Shown here in pieces: positions 19,203 through 29,386 of a DNA stretch of 64,000 nucleotides; within the stretch, counting starts at the first letter, position 1, and each line of letters opens with the position of its first letter. A program made the position numbers and the translations under genes. A model generated the notes under the pieces. That model ran no database searches. It saw nothing but the letters and a program-made list of their open reading frames with translations, and was not told the origin of the DNA. The stretch is from Candidatus Woesearchaeota archaeon (lineage in GTDB: Archaea > Nanobdellota > Nanobdellia > Woesearchaeales > B29-G15): assembly GCA_017610005.1 (NCBI GenBank), contig JAFCCU010000001.1, positions 80,371 through 144,370 on the forward strand, in the 5' to 3' direction.

Positions 19203-20056
19203 TCATTTCTTCGCAATTTTTAATGGAAGTTATTGAACGTTTAGAATTATTAGCCACATGTGAAAGGCCAATGAGCTTAAGGTCAATTGGAGAAGAGCTT
19301 TCCATAAGTGATGAGTGGGCAAGAAATCTAATAGATGACAATGGGTGGGGGAAAACTTACAGGCGAAATAGGCAGCTATTACGAAGAGAAAAGGGCACAT
19401 TGGCAAAAGAAGCCAAAAAAAAGAGGAGTTTAAAAGCAAAAAAGGCAGTTATTGTTGCATTTGAAAATGCAGAGCCTGCAATGCAACTTACAATATTGCG
19501 CTGTTTAAAGCACCCGCATAAAAACGCAAAACATAATATTGGTACTTTAACTACAATTTACTCAAGACATCTTGATGCAGTGGCGAATAATAGATTACCT
19601 ACATTATCTGAACTGGGGAAGGGTCTTGAAGTAACAGTTCAATATGTTTCAAGGGTTATGAGGGATGTAGCAGGTAGGAGACATGCTCCGGCAAGAAGAT
19701 TTAAACCTTATGAAATTAAATATATAAGAGGAATCAACCAAATTCCTTCTCCACTATCTCTTGCAGATAGGGCGCACTTTACTGGATATGAAAGCCACCA
19801 CTTAACAAATCAAAAAGGCCATGGAGTTGTAGTTTTACCAAGAACTAGTATGATTAGCAAGATATCTTATAAAAAAGCCAATGATTTTTTAGTAAAATTA
19901 GTTGCTTGTGATTTTGTACCTAAGGTAATGAGAGATACTAACATTAGATACAATACGCAAGCAAACTATATATTAGAAAACCAAGGGTGGATATTAAGAG
20001 ATATTGCACAGTTTGAAGTTGCAGCTGAAGGATTAAGGGACAAATACTTCCCTTAA
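19199..20056 (+). CDS. basic multi-HTH hypothetical protein
   Basis: 'SLRSIGEELSISDEWARNLI' and 'PTLSELGKGLEVTVQYVSRVM' are HTH-like; ATGA overlap with previous gene. Confidence 0.7.
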   Translation: MIISSQFLMEVIERLELLATCERPMSLRSIGEELSISDEWARNLIDDNGWGKTYRRNRQLLRREKGTLAKEAKKKRSLKAKKAVIVAFENAEPAMQLTILRCLKHPHKNAKHNIGTLTTIYSRHLDAVANNRLPTLSELGKGLEVTVQYVSRVMRDVAGRRHAPARRFKPYEIKYIRGINQIPSPLSLADRAHFTGYESHHLTNQKGHGVVVLPRTSMISKISYKKANDFLVKLVACDFVPKVMRDTNIRYNTQANYILENQGWILRDIAQFEVAAEGLRDKYFP

Positions 20057-20096
20057 AACAGTTCCATTTTTAAATTATTAGTTTTACCATTCTTTT

Positions 20097-21467
20097 ATGG
20101 GAGTGAACTCAGCATTATTAAATGTTTTAAGGGGAGGTAGAATCAACTCGTCATTTACAGCAGCCGAAAAACTTTATCAAAGAGTTTTATGGGCAATTGA
20201 AGATTCTTTATCTGCTGGCGCTAAAAATGCATTGGAAGTTCATAAGATGCTTCCTTATCTTAAACGAGTTTCTCCTTTAACAATTGATATTATTGGTGAA
20301 AAACACCCTGATTTTGAATTTGACGGCAGAATAATTGATCCAAAATTAACCTTTGATATGAATTACTTGATGGTAATTGATGAAATAGAAGGAGAAACAT
20401 TTAATCATTATGGTAATTGGCAAGAGGTTGTCGATGAGCTTGGATATTCAAGGAATATTACCCTTGCTTTAGCTTGGGCAGCACAGATTCATCATCCTGA
20501 AGAAGGGGCAATTTCAAAACAAGAATTATTTGCAAGTTTGGGGAGTCAAAGAAGAGCAAAGCTTCTTCTTGGTGATTTAAACCTTCAAATATTATTATCT
20601 GAAGATATTGATCCTTATTTTGGAATTGAGCAGATGGTTGATTATAATTTAAATTTAGGGGAAATGGAGTTACTTTTGGGACTAAAATCCCAAAATATTC
20701 ATCATGAGTTAAGAAGAAGAAAGCTCATTAATAAATGGCAAGAAATAAGGAGAGCTGAAAAACAACCTCCAAGAAGTGTTTTTAAACACAATCTCTTAAC
20801 TTCATTTGGAAAAGATTTGTGGGCATATACAAGGCATAAGGCAGAAGAAGGGAGTGTTGTTGCAAAAGCTATGGGTGCATATTCTACTCGGGGGAGGAAT
20901 TCTGGGATTAATTTATCCTTGGGGATGATCCTTATAACTAGGGTGAAAGAAGCCCAGAATCAAATAAAACCTAATGGGAGACCTCCAGGATTAAGGGACT
21001 TAGTAGAAGGGTTAAGTGTTACAGTTCACTCTGCTGAAGATTATTATGTAAAGGTGAATGAAGATCTTCCTTCTGGGAGGAGATTATTAAGACAAGTTCC
21101 AAAATCAGTTGATTGGTTTATCAGAGATGCTTTAGCATTTAATTCAAACTTATCTATTAAAGATAGAGCGTGGTACATGGACCTTCCTTTCCATGTTGTT
21201 AAAAGAAGGGCAGTTAAGCATGGGTTTGGAACAATGGGAGGATATGCAACTCATGGGCGAATAAATTACAGATCAGCGGATTTATTTTACCTTGCAATGG
21301 ATGATTCTACTTTAACTAAGGCTGATGCAATTGAACTTGGAGGGGTTAGGGGAGAACGCGCTTTTTTGGAGTTATTAGATAGAAAAACTGAGTTAAGAAG
21401 AGAGATTGGAAGTTTCAAAGGCCATGTTACAAAACTCAAAAAGAAGTATGGGCTAACCATTTCTTAA
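20097..21467 (+). CDS. multi-HTH hypothetical protein; C-terminal half paralogous to 19199-20056
   Basis: 'PGLRDLVEGLSVTV', 'LSIKDRAWY' and 'INYRSADLF' parallel 'PTLSELGKGLEVTV', 'LSLADRAHF' and 'ISYKKANDF'. Confidence 0.7.
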   Translation: MGVNSALLNVLRGGRINSSFTAAEKLYQRVLWAIEDSLSAGAKNALEVHKMLPYLKRVSPLTIDIIGEKHPDFEFDGRIIDPKLTFDMNYLMVIDEIEGETFNHYGNWQEVVDELGYSRNITLALAWAAQIHHPEEGAISKQELFASLGSQRRAKLLLGDLNLQILLSEDIDPYFGIEQMVDYNLNLGEMELLLGLKSQNIHHELRRRKLINKWQEIRRAEKQPPRSVFKHNLLTSFGKDLWAYTRHKAEEGSVVAKAMGAYSTRGRNSGINLSLGMILITRVKEAQNQIKPNGRPPGLRDLVEGLSVTVHSAEDYYVKVNEDLPSGRRLLRQVPKSVDWFIRDALAFNSNLSIKDRAWYMDLPFHVVKRRAVKHGFGTMGGYATHGRINYRSADLFYLAMDDSTLTKADAIELGGVRGERAFLELLDRKTELRREIGSFKGHVTKLKKKYGLTIS

Positions 21468-22227
21468 TATCTTCAATCTTTTTTTCAATTTCTATTTCAC
21501 CTGCCTTTACATAATGCTTCCAGTCGTGAAATTTGGGAGATTCAGAAAAATCCTTATCAAATTTAGGTTTTATTACAAAAACTTTTTTTTGATCAAATTC
21601 AGGCAATTGTGCATTTATTACAATTGCAAAAACAGTTGCAATAGAATTAAACAAGTTTTGTGAAGAGAGTGGTTGATCAATATCCATTAGATCAATTGCA
21701 ATAACTTTATCCATCCCCTTTTCTAATAAGTAGTTGACTGGAAGGGGTTCAAGGAGACATCCATCCATATATTGATTATTTTGAAATTTATAGGCTGGCA
21801 AAAATCCAGGGATTGCAGATGATGCCATTACTGCATCAATTAATTTCCCAGATTCAAAATGAACTGTTTTTCTTTGGTTGAGGGATGTTGCAGAAATAAT
21901 GATTGGAATGATAGTATCATCAAATTTTTTATCACCGAAATAATATTTTGTTAAAAATTTCTTTATTTTTGAGCCTTTTAACACAGATTTTACAGGGAGC
22001 CTTAAATCAGCCAGTTTCATATACAATTGCATTTCACTAAATTTAGAAATAACATCTACCATTGGGTGTAATGTTCCATTTAATCCGTAAATCCCTGCAG
22101 CTAAGGCTCCAATTGAAGTTCCTGCAACCATATCAAAAGAAATCCCCTCTTTTGAAAGTCTTTCTAATATTGGTACAAACGCAAAACCCCGGGCAGAGCC
22201 TGAGCCAAGAGCAAGTCCTAGCTTCAT
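21436..22227 (-). CDS. patatin-like phospholipase
   Basis: 'LALGSGSARG', 'GTSIG' nucleophile and 'YMDGC' catalytic Asp. Confidence 0.9.
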   Translation of the reverse strand: MKLGLALGSGSARGFAFVPILERLSKEGISFDMVAGTSIGALAAGIYGLNGTLHPMVDVISKFSEMQLYMKLADLRLPVKSVLKGSKIKKFLTKYYFGDKKFDDTIIPIIISATSLNQRKTVHFESGKLIDAVMASSAIPGFLPAYKFQNNQYMDGCLLEPLPVNYLLEKGMDKVIAIDLMDIDQPLSSQNLFNSIATVFAIVINAQLPEFDQKKVFVIKPKFDKDFSESPKFHDWKHYVKAGEIEIEKKIEDIKKWLAHTSF

Positions 22228-22298
22228 AGAGGGTAAAGACGTAGATTTACTATATAAATTTTGCTAAGGTTTATTAATATAGGTATATTCAAAGTTTT

Positions 22299-22730
22299 AT
22301 GCAAGATCAATTAAAATCAAGATTAATTGAAGCAATTACTACCTTGGCAGAGGTATCTCCGGTCTCTCAAAATACTCCTTTAAATGAAGCCTTTTTATCA
22401 AAAACAACAGGATATGTGGGGCATGGTGTGCAGGATTTTTATGCAACACCAAATAGACTTTGTTCAAGATTATTAAATGAAAATTTGCATCATACCCTTA
22501 GTGATATTACTTCTTTTATCCAGGTTGGATTTGGAATAGAATTAGGTATGGCTAAATCTCATTTATTTGTTGTCTTGTCTAAATCTACTGAAGGAAGGAT
22601 GCATAAAAACTTTTGTAGCATAGGAGTAGATTCTACTAGTGATTCACCAACAATTGCAGATTATGTTGATTATGTTGTAGATTCTTATGATAGCCTTTTG
22701 ACAACTTATATTTTTAATAACCTCCCCTAA
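22299..22730 (+). CDS. hypothetical protein
   Basis: ORF with TATA 'TTTATTAA' about 30 nt upstream; similar to 18615-19202. Confidence 0.65.
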   Translation: MQDQLKSRLIEAITTLAEVSPVSQNTPLNEAFLSKTTGYVGHGVQDFYATPNRLCSRLLNENLHHTLSDITSFIQVGFGIELGMAKSHLFVVLSKSTEGRMHKNFCSIGVDSTSDSPTIADYVDYVVDSYDSLLTTYIFNNLP

Positions 22731-22760
22731 GTTTTTAAACTTCAAAAGTAATTAAGGCTT

Positions 22761-23636
22761 GTGAAAGAAGCACTGTTCTATAAAAAATTAAAAAACAAAT
22801 TAGTTCAGTGTGAGCTTTGCCCCCATAATTGTGTAATTAAGCCAGGAGAAAGAGGCAAGTGCAGAGTAAGGGAAAATCAAGAAGGCAAATTAATTGCCTT
22901 AACATATGGGAAGTTAGCGACAGCGGCAATAGACCCAATTGAGAAAAAACCCTTATATCATTTTCATCCAGGCGAAAAAGCCTTTTCAATTGCAACAGAA
23001 GGCTGTAATTTAGCTTGCCCATTTTGTCAAAATCACACATTATCTCAAAAACCAGAAGAAGGTTTTCCTGTATTTGGAGAAATAGTTACCCCAAGGGATA
23101 TAGTTGATAAAGCAGAAGAAACAGGCTGCAAAATTATAGCTTACACATATTCAGAACCAACAATAGCTTATGAATTCTGGCTCGATACAATGAAAGAAGC
23201 TAAGAAGAGAGGATTGCTTAATGTCTGGGTCACAAATGGCTTCATAAACCCTAAACCCTTAACCTTACTTCTCCCTTATTTGGATGCAGCAAATATTGAT
23301 TTAAAGGGTTTTTCTGAAGAGGCATACTCAATGATGGGTGGAAAGCTTAAACCAGTTTTAGAAACAATTAAACTCATTCATGACAAAGTTCATATTGAAA
23401 TAACCACGCTTATAATACCTGAATTTAATGAGCAAGATGTACAAGACATAGGCAAATTTATTGCTAACCTTAATCCTAAAATACCCTGGCATATTTCTCG
23501 CTTCTTCCCCCATTATAAACTGAAAAGGAAAGACCCAACACCTTTAGAAATAATGAGAAAAGTTGAAAAGACAGCGCATGCAACTGGGGTTAAACATATT
23601 TACCTTGGGAATATGGGAATAAACCATAAATCTTAA
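22761..23636 (+). CDS. amrS: AmmeMemoRadiSam system radical SAM enzyme
   Basis: 'CELCPHNC...CRVR', 'DPIEKKPLYHF', 'GCNLACPFCQN', 'YTYSEP'. Confidence 0.92.
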   Translation: MKEALFYKKLKNKLVQCELCPHNCVIKPGERGKCRVRENQEGKLIALTYGKLATAAIDPIEKKPLYHFHPGEKAFSIATEGCNLACPFCQNHTLSQKPEEGFPVFGEIVTPRDIVDKAEETGCKIIAYTYSEPTIAYEFWLDTMKEAKKRGLLNVWVTNGFINPKPLTLLLPYLDAANIDLKGFSEEAYSMMGGKLKPVLETIKLIHDKVHIEITTLIIPEFNEQDVQDIGKFIANLNPKIPWHISRFFPHYKLKRKDPTPLEIMRKVEKTAHATGVKHIYLGNMGINHKS

Positions 23637-23661
23637 ATACTATTTTCTTATGAATAAATAA

Positions 23662-24708
23662 ATGGTAACCCTGCAATCAGTCTATTTCGGAAATTCACTT
23701 CAAACTTATCTTTTTGCAACACTAGCATTTATCGGAGTATTATTTATTTTAAGATTCATTAAATTTGTAGTTGTAAAGCAACTACTGCGATTATCTGGAA
23801 AAACAAAAACAGAGTTAGATGATTTAATTATAGGAATAATCGATAGTATCGGGTGGCCAGTTTACTTTTTAATTGGAGTTTATATGGGATTATTTTTCAC
23901 AATTGAACCTCCAATTGTTTATACAGTGTTAAGTTACTTAGGTTTAGTCATATTGATCTTCTATGCTACAAAAATTGCAACTTCTGTAGTTGCTTGGGGA
24001 TCAGGCAAAATTTTACATAAACAACAGGAAGCAGGGCCAGTTGACCCTACAATGATTAATTTTATTAAAAATATTATTAAAGGATTATTATGGCTTGTAG
24101 CTCTTTTAATATTGCTTCAAAATCTGGGAGTTAATGTAACTTCTGTTATTGCAGGGTTAGGTATTGGAGGACTTGCTATTGCATTTGCATTGCAGGGAAT
24201 CTTAAGTGATATCTTTGCAAGTGTTTCAATTTATTTTGATAAACCATTTGAAGTAGGAGACTATATTGTAATTGGTGGAGACTCTGGAACAGTTGAACAC
24301 ATTGGCATAAAATCAACAAGAATTAAGACTTTAAAGGGTCAGGAGTTAATTGTAAGCAATCAAGAATTAACAAGCACTCGAGTTAATAATTACAAAAAGA
24401 TGGATAGGAGACGTGTTGTATTCTCAATAGGGCTTACTTATGATACCACTGCAGAAACTTTAGCAAAAGTTCCATTAATGATAAAAGGAATTATTCAAAA
24501 AGTTAAGCACACTGAACTTGAGCGAGTGCATTTTGCTAGTATGGGGGATTATTCATTAAATTTTGAAATAGTCTACTATGTTGACACAAAAGAATATGCA
24601 GTTTATATGGATATTCACCAGGAAATAATCTTAAAACTTAAGGGAGACTTTGATAAGAAGAAAATCGAATTTGCTTATCCAACGCAGACGGTTTTCTTGG
24701 AAAAATAG
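23662..24708 (+). CDS. MscS-family mechanosensitive channel
   Basis: 'GLGIGGLAIAFALQ', 'DKPFEVGDYI', 'IEFAYPTQ'. Confidence 0.92.
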   Translation: MVTLQSVYFGNSLQTYLFATLAFIGVLFILRFIKFVVVKQLLRLSGKTKTELDDLIIGIIDSIGWPVYFLIGVYMGLFFTIEPPIVYTVLSYLGLVILIFYATKIATSVVAWGSGKILHKQQEAGPVDPTMINFIKNIIKGLLWLVALLILLQNLGVNVTSVIAGLGIGGLAIAFALQGILSDIFASVSIYFDKPFEVGDYIVIGGDSGTVEHIGIKSTRIKTLKGQELIVSNQELTSTRVNNYKKMDRRRVVFSIGLTYDTTAETLAKVPLMIKGIIQKVKHTELERVHFASMGDYSLNFEIVYYVDTKEYAVYMDIHQEIILKLKGDFDKKKIEFAYPTQTVFLEK

Positions 24709-24711
24709 GAC

Positions 24712-24723
24712 CACTAATTAGTG
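24712..24723. promoter_or_regulatory. palindromic operator CACT-AATT-AGTG upstream of TATA
   Basis: Perfect palindrome CCACTAATTAGTGG ending 17 nt before TTTTTAAA (24740); related sites at 31206, 33707, 42009 and 16590. Confidence 0.55.
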
Positions 24724-24770
24724 GTTCTATATCCAAACCTTTTTAAAATAATCTGTATTTGTATTATTTT

Positions 24771-26282
24771 ATGACGCTAAATGTAATCTTCAACACCCAA
24801 ATAAAAGGGGGTTCAGGTAAGACTTCTACACTAGTTGAACTTCTATTTGCATTATCTCAAAGATATAAAACAGGAGTAATTGATATGGACGCTCAAGGAG
24901 CTATGGGATCAACTCTCCTAGGGAGGGAAATCAAATGCTTAAGACCATCTGAATACTTGGCTCCTGAAAAAGTAACAATGGCTGACCCTCAAGTATTTAG
25001 ACTTGTATCAAAAGGGCAAAGAATTACGTTTCAAGTTCCTAAGGTTGAGACAAGCGTTGCCTTGTTCCCATTAGGCCATTTTAGAGATCATGAAGATAGG
25101 ATTTGCGAGTTAGGGGAAGCATTAGACCAAATGGATGATCCTGATTTCTTAATAATTGATTCTTCAGGTATGGATGATATTGAAAATACATTAGCAAATT
25201 CAATAGATCCTCTTAGGGCAGTTTATGGAGGGGATATTAATTTATTTCCATTAAATGTCTCGACTCCATTTTCAAACATTACTTCAATGGGTTTTACTAG
25301 AACAACTCAGGCAATTGAAGAACTTATAGCAAGGGGATTTTCACCGAATAGAATTTTCCCAATTTCAGTATTGAATAAAACCCCTATCAGAGATAGGTCT
25401 ACTTATGATTTAGTATCTTCAGAATTTGTAGATAAGTTAATTGATCAAGGTTTTTTAAGCAAATATCCTGAAGATGATTGTACAGGAAATTCCCCAAGAA
25501 AAGTTACTCTTGAAGGCCAAAGCGCATTATCCATTTTATTCCCAGAGATTGCAAATTTGCAAGACGGAGATTTTTCTCTATTTTTAAGAGATGGACCAAA
25601 GTATTACTTTTACCCCCATCTATTGGATGCATTAAAAATTAGAGGTATTGAGATCCCAATAAAAGATGAAAAAATTCAGATGTTTTCGTCAGGAATAACA
25701 AGATTTATTGGATATGTTTCTGGATGTAGTCAGGTGAGGGGAAAAAATTCCCATAATATTCATTTGGAATCTTTTGATCTTGATGCAATATCAGAAGATC
25801 CACAATTGGGGTATTTACTTGAAAGATATAAGGGAGCATATTCTGGTATATCCTTTCCAAGTATTCACTCTGAAAGACAAGAGTTCGGTTCGCGTTTTAC
25901 TGCTCCAAGCATGGATTTTATTTCAATTAAAGCACCTCTTAATCAAAATAAATTTAGAAGACTGTGCCATTTTGTAGAGGCAACCCTCGCACCAGGAGAA
26001 ATAGCAACTTTTGAGGGGCCCAACCATCCAAATCGGTTTATAATTAGCTTAGATCGTGAGCAATTTGACTCTTACATCCATTGTGAAGGGGGTGAATATT
26101 CAAGAGGAATACAAGGGATCCCCTTCTGCGCAATAGCATATTCTGAAACTACTCCGGGCAGGTTGCACGTTGGATTCTTGAATCAGACGTCACTAAGAAT
26201 AGATTATAATATGGAATGCCAACCATTTTATAGAAATGTTATTGAGCCTGTTTTAAAGACAATTGCAGGCTTGTTGCCCTAA
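24771..26282 (+). CDS. divergent ParA/MinD-family ATPase with long unknown C-terminal region
   Basis: 'KGGSGKTS' deviant Walker A, 'IDMDAQG', 'FLIIDS', 'VLNK'. Confidence 0.8.
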   Translation: MTLNVIFNTQIKGGSGKTSTLVELLFALSQRYKTGVIDMDAQGAMGSTLLGREIKCLRPSEYLAPEKVTMADPQVFRLVSKGQRITFQVPKVETSVALFPLGHFRDHEDRICELGEALDQMDDPDFLIIDSSGMDDIENTLANSIDPLRAVYGGDINLFPLNVSTPFSNITSMGFTRTTQAIEELIARGFSPNRIFPISVLNKTPIRDRSTYDLVSSEFVDKLIDQGFLSKYPEDDCTGNSPRKVTLEGQSALSILFPEIANLQDGDFSLFLRDGPKYYFYPHLLDALKIRGIEIPIKDEKIQMFSSGITRFIGYVSGCSQVRGKNSHNIHLESFDLDAISEDPQLGYLLERYKGAYSGISFPSIHSERQEFGSRFTAPSMDFISIKAPLNQNKFRRLCHFVEATLAPGEIATFEGPNHPNRFIISLDREQFDSYIHCEGGEYSRGIQGIPFCAIAYSETTPGRLHVGFLNQTSLRIDYNMECQPFYRNVIEPVLKTIAGLLP

Positions 26283-26327
26283 GCACCGCAGCACATCAAT
26301 ATATACTAAAAACCCTTATTTCTCTCT

Positions 26328-26675
26328 ATGAAAGAGCATTACCAAGTATTTGCAGACTCAGTTGACAGCAGGCTGGACAATGATTTTATTGGAAAACTAG
26401 AAAAAACCGTAAATAAAGGCATGTATATGATGGCTGCAGCACCTGCAGTTGCTGAAGAAGCAGGTTTTTCATGGCCTGCTCCAAATAAAATTACTTGGAT
26501 TGCTGGAGCTGTTTTTTTAGGTTCTTTAGCTCTTGCTGGCCTTAGTGATGGGAGACCAAGGTTTAGGGTATATTCGCGGCTTACAGAAAAAGTAATCTAT
26601 GGTTCAGCTTTTATTGGTGGAGGAGCATATATTCTTCAAGTACTTGGTCAAGAAGTTGGTAAGTTGTTTAAATAA
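26328..26675 (+). CDS. small membrane protein
   Basis: Two hydrophobic segments; TATA-like element about 30 nt upstream. Confidence 0.65.
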   Translation: MKEHYQVFADSVDSRLDNDFIGKLEKTVNKGMYMMAAAPAVAEEAGFSWPAPNKITWIAGAVFLGSLALAGLSDGRPRFRVYSRLTEKVIYGSAFIGGGAYILQVLGQEVGKLFK

Positions 26676-26736
26676 AGATTTTGTCTAGTAAATATAAAAG
26701 TTAATTCCATTTCTAAGCATATTTTTAATATTGCTC

Positions 26737-26937
26737 TTATTTAGGAAATTTTATAATTTTTACAGGAGGCATTGGGCGATATGCGTTGATGCCTATATCA
26801 TATCCACCTTGTGAAGGCCACATAGGTCCTTCTCGATTTCCAGGAGTTCTTGAAGCGTCCCTTTTTCCATCAAGATAATTCCACATTTCCATTGCTCCAT
26901 GATCAATAAATCCTCGTTTATCTCTTAGTAATTCCAT
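26737..26937 (-). CDS. small hypothetical protein
   Basis: AGGAG upstream of ATG; fills the intergenic gap. Confidence 0.5.
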   Translation of the reverse strand: MELLRDKRGFIDHGAMEMWNYLDGKRDASRTPGNREGPMWPSQGGYDIGINAYRPMPPVKIIKFPK

Positions 26938-27055
26938 TTTTATCTCCTAATTTCTTTTATTCCCATACATTATACCCGTTTAATTGTAAAGGTAACTTTC
27001 CTTAAGATTGTTTAAGGCTAAGATCGTATATAAAGCTATTGGAGGGCCTCTTGAA

Positions 27056-27448
27056 TTAATCGAGTTTATAAGGGCTCATAGCGTCAAGTTTTTCTGTTAA
27101 GCTTTTTTGTCCAAGTGTAGGCGTTAGATCAATTTCTGGTACTTTTAATGGATTTCTTGTAATTGCTGCAATTTGTATGTTTAATTGAGTTTCTCTTTGT
27201 TCAGTGAAGATTTCTTGTTGAGCTAGATTTGCATTTCTTTTCCTTTCACTTTCTTCTAATTGTGTAGCTGTCTCGAAATAAGATTGCCGATATGCCTCCT
27301 TTGCCATAAATGAGCCAAAAGTGCGTGGACCAGGACACCCATACAATGCATCAGATATTCCCAATTCAATTGCTTGTTCTTCCATTCTATTGTCTTGTTC
27401 TATTCTAATACCTCTTGGATCAAGTGGTAGATACGGATTGAATTCCAT
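27056..27448 (-). CDS. hypothetical protein
   Basis: ORF with CTTATATA about 31 nt upstream. Confidence 0.65.
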   Translation of the reverse strand: MEFNPYLPLDPRGIRIEQDNRMEEQAIELGISDALYGCPGPRTFGSFMAKEAYRQSYFETATQLEESERKRNANLAQQEIFTEQRETQLNIQIAAITRNPLKVPEIDLTPTLGQKSLTEKLDAMSPYKLD

Positions 27449-27716
27449 AGTTAAGGATAAAGTGAATATAGTATATAAGAAAATGCTGTTGTGACAAGGG
27501 CAACACTCACTTTAAAGTCTTTTTTCAAGAGAAAGCGGTTTGTCTTTTCTGGTTTGATCTTTGTTTCTTAATAAATTTAATATTTCATCTTCACAATGTG
27601 GGCAGGAGTGTGAAAATTATGTGAAATATGCCTGTAAAAATCTTTTTGGCGACTGTATCCGTAGCCTCTTTGCCCCATATATAATCCCATAAATTTAAAG
27701 AAAAATTTAATTCTTT

Positions 27717-28235
27717 TTAATTCTTAGCATTTACAATAGGGGATGCAACACTTCTGTACCATCTAATTAATCTTTGTAAGGGTTTAAAATTATTAACTAA
27801 GATTCCATTTAAATGGTCAAACTCATGCTGCACAAATTGGGCTAATCTCCCTTTCATCTCAGCTTGAAACTCATTTCCGTCAATATCTTGGAAAGTTACA
27901 TTGACTTTATATGCTCTTAATTTAAATCCACTATATCCTATTTGACAGCTTTCATAGATTGGATACCTAACGCCCTGAAGTCTCACTTCTGGATTTACCA
28001 TAGTGATAGTGTCTTCGAGGGTAGGTGCTTCAGAAAACCAGGTAATATTCGCAGGTTTATCATTAACAACAACAAATAATCGCTTTAAATACCCTATTTC
28101 AGGCCCAGAAGCACCCCCTAAATCATATTTTCTAATTAATTCCTTAAGATAATCTACTTTTCCATATACCTTATCTGTTTCGAAATCTACTTCTTCGCAG
28201 ATTGTATGTAATTGTTCTAGTGTTGCTAATCCCAT
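27717..28235 (-). CDS. def: divergent peptide deformylase
   Basis: 'QHEFDHLNGIL' metal motif intact; 'MVNPEV'; ESCQI replaces EGCLS; GGASGPEIG replaces GxGxAAxQIG. Confidence 0.8.
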   Translation of the reverse strand: MGLATLEQLHTICEEVDFETDKVYGKVDYLKELIRKYDLGGASGPEIGYLKRLFVVVNDKPANITWFSEAPTLEDTITMVNPEVRLQGVRYPIYESCQIGYSGFKLRAYKVNVTFQDIDGNEFQAEMKGRLAQFVQHEFDHLNGILVNNFKPLQRLIRWYRSVASPIVNAKN

Positions 28236-28546
28236 ATTTCTCAAATTTTTAATTGAATCCTCACTTTTAAACTTTTTTATTGATTTTTTTAATTCTTGTG
28301 TATATTGAAAAGAATTACCTAGACTTATATTCTTTAAAATATATATTAAAATAGACTATAGTGTTCTAAAATATATAATATAAAACTATCTTTCTAGACA
28401 TTATTTTTAATAATATTGTTTTTTATAATATAATAAAACCTTTAATAAATAATTAAAAATATTAGCCTTAATTATAATTAAAAGATTTAATTAAAAATTA
28501 ATAATATTAACCATTCCTCAAAAACTAGTTTCTCGTCTAAAAACTA

Positions 28547-29353
28547 TCATAAATCATCAAGTGGACTTCTTAATTTTTTTAGCTCACTAGTACTTACTTG
28601 AGTATAAATTTGGGTAGTCTGGAGGTTAGAATGGCCCAATAATTCCTGTATTTTACGGATATCTGTACCGTTTTCAAGCATGTGGGTAGCAAAAGAATGG
28701 CGCATTGTATGGGGTGTTACATGCTTCATAATACCTGCTTTTCTAGCAGTTCTGGCAATTATTTCTTGGATATTTCTAGGGCTTATTGGCCCGTTGTGGC
28801 CAGGAAATAGATAAATTGATTTATTTTCTTTCAAATACTCTTCAATTTCGGTGCGAAGACATTCTGAGAGCAGTATTAGGCGATCTTTAGCACCCTTACC
28901 ACTACGAACCCATCCAATACCTTCTGATAATTCAAGTTCATTTACCTTAAAATTGCATAATTCAGATACTCTTATGCCTGTTGAATAAAGAAATTTGATT
29001 ATTAATTTGGTTTTAAGATAATTTGCAGCTTTTATTAAATTTTTAATTTCTTGTTTAGATAAGACAGTTGGGAGTTTTTTTGGGGCTTTTGGAGTTTTTA
29101 ATGTAACAACATTTTTTTTTAAAATTTCATCAAAATAGAATTTCAATGCAGCTTTAACTAATGCGATAGTTCTTACACTTGAATTTTTTTCATGCATTAA
29201 GTAAGCAATGTAATTTTTAACATCAGTTTCAGAAATCTCATTTTCAGTTTTTTTAATAAAATGCAGAAATTTTACATTATGATAAAAATAGGATTTTATT
29301 GTTTCTTTAGAAAAACCCCTTAATTTTAATTCTGTTATTAAATTTTCAAGCAT
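28547..29353 (-). CDS. xerA: XerA-like tyrosine recombinase
   Basis: 'STGIRVSEL', 'GKGAKDR', 'HTMRHSFATH', 'LLGHSNLQTTQIY'; N-terminal SAM-like domain; GAGGTGA SD. Confidence 0.9.
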   Translation of the reverse strand: MLENLITELKLRGFSKETIKSYFYHNVKFLHFIKKTENEISETDVKNYIAYLMHEKNSSVRTIALVKAALKFYFDEILKKNVVTLKTPKAPKKLPTVLSKQEIKNLIKAANYLKTKLIIKFLYSTGIRVSELCNFKVNELELSEGIGWVRSGKGAKDRLILLSECLRTEIEEYLKENKSIYLFPGHNGPISPRNIQEIIARTARKAGIMKHVTPHTMRHSFATHMLENGTDIRKIQELLGHSNLQTTQIYTQVSTSELKKLRSPLDDL

Positions 29354-29386
29354 TTTTCACCTCTTTTATAGCTCCAAGCGTGATAA

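Noticed and set aside
28547-29353. Integron integrase
   Set aside because: No IntI-specific insertion before the HxxRH box and no attC-like cassette array seen; fits XerA
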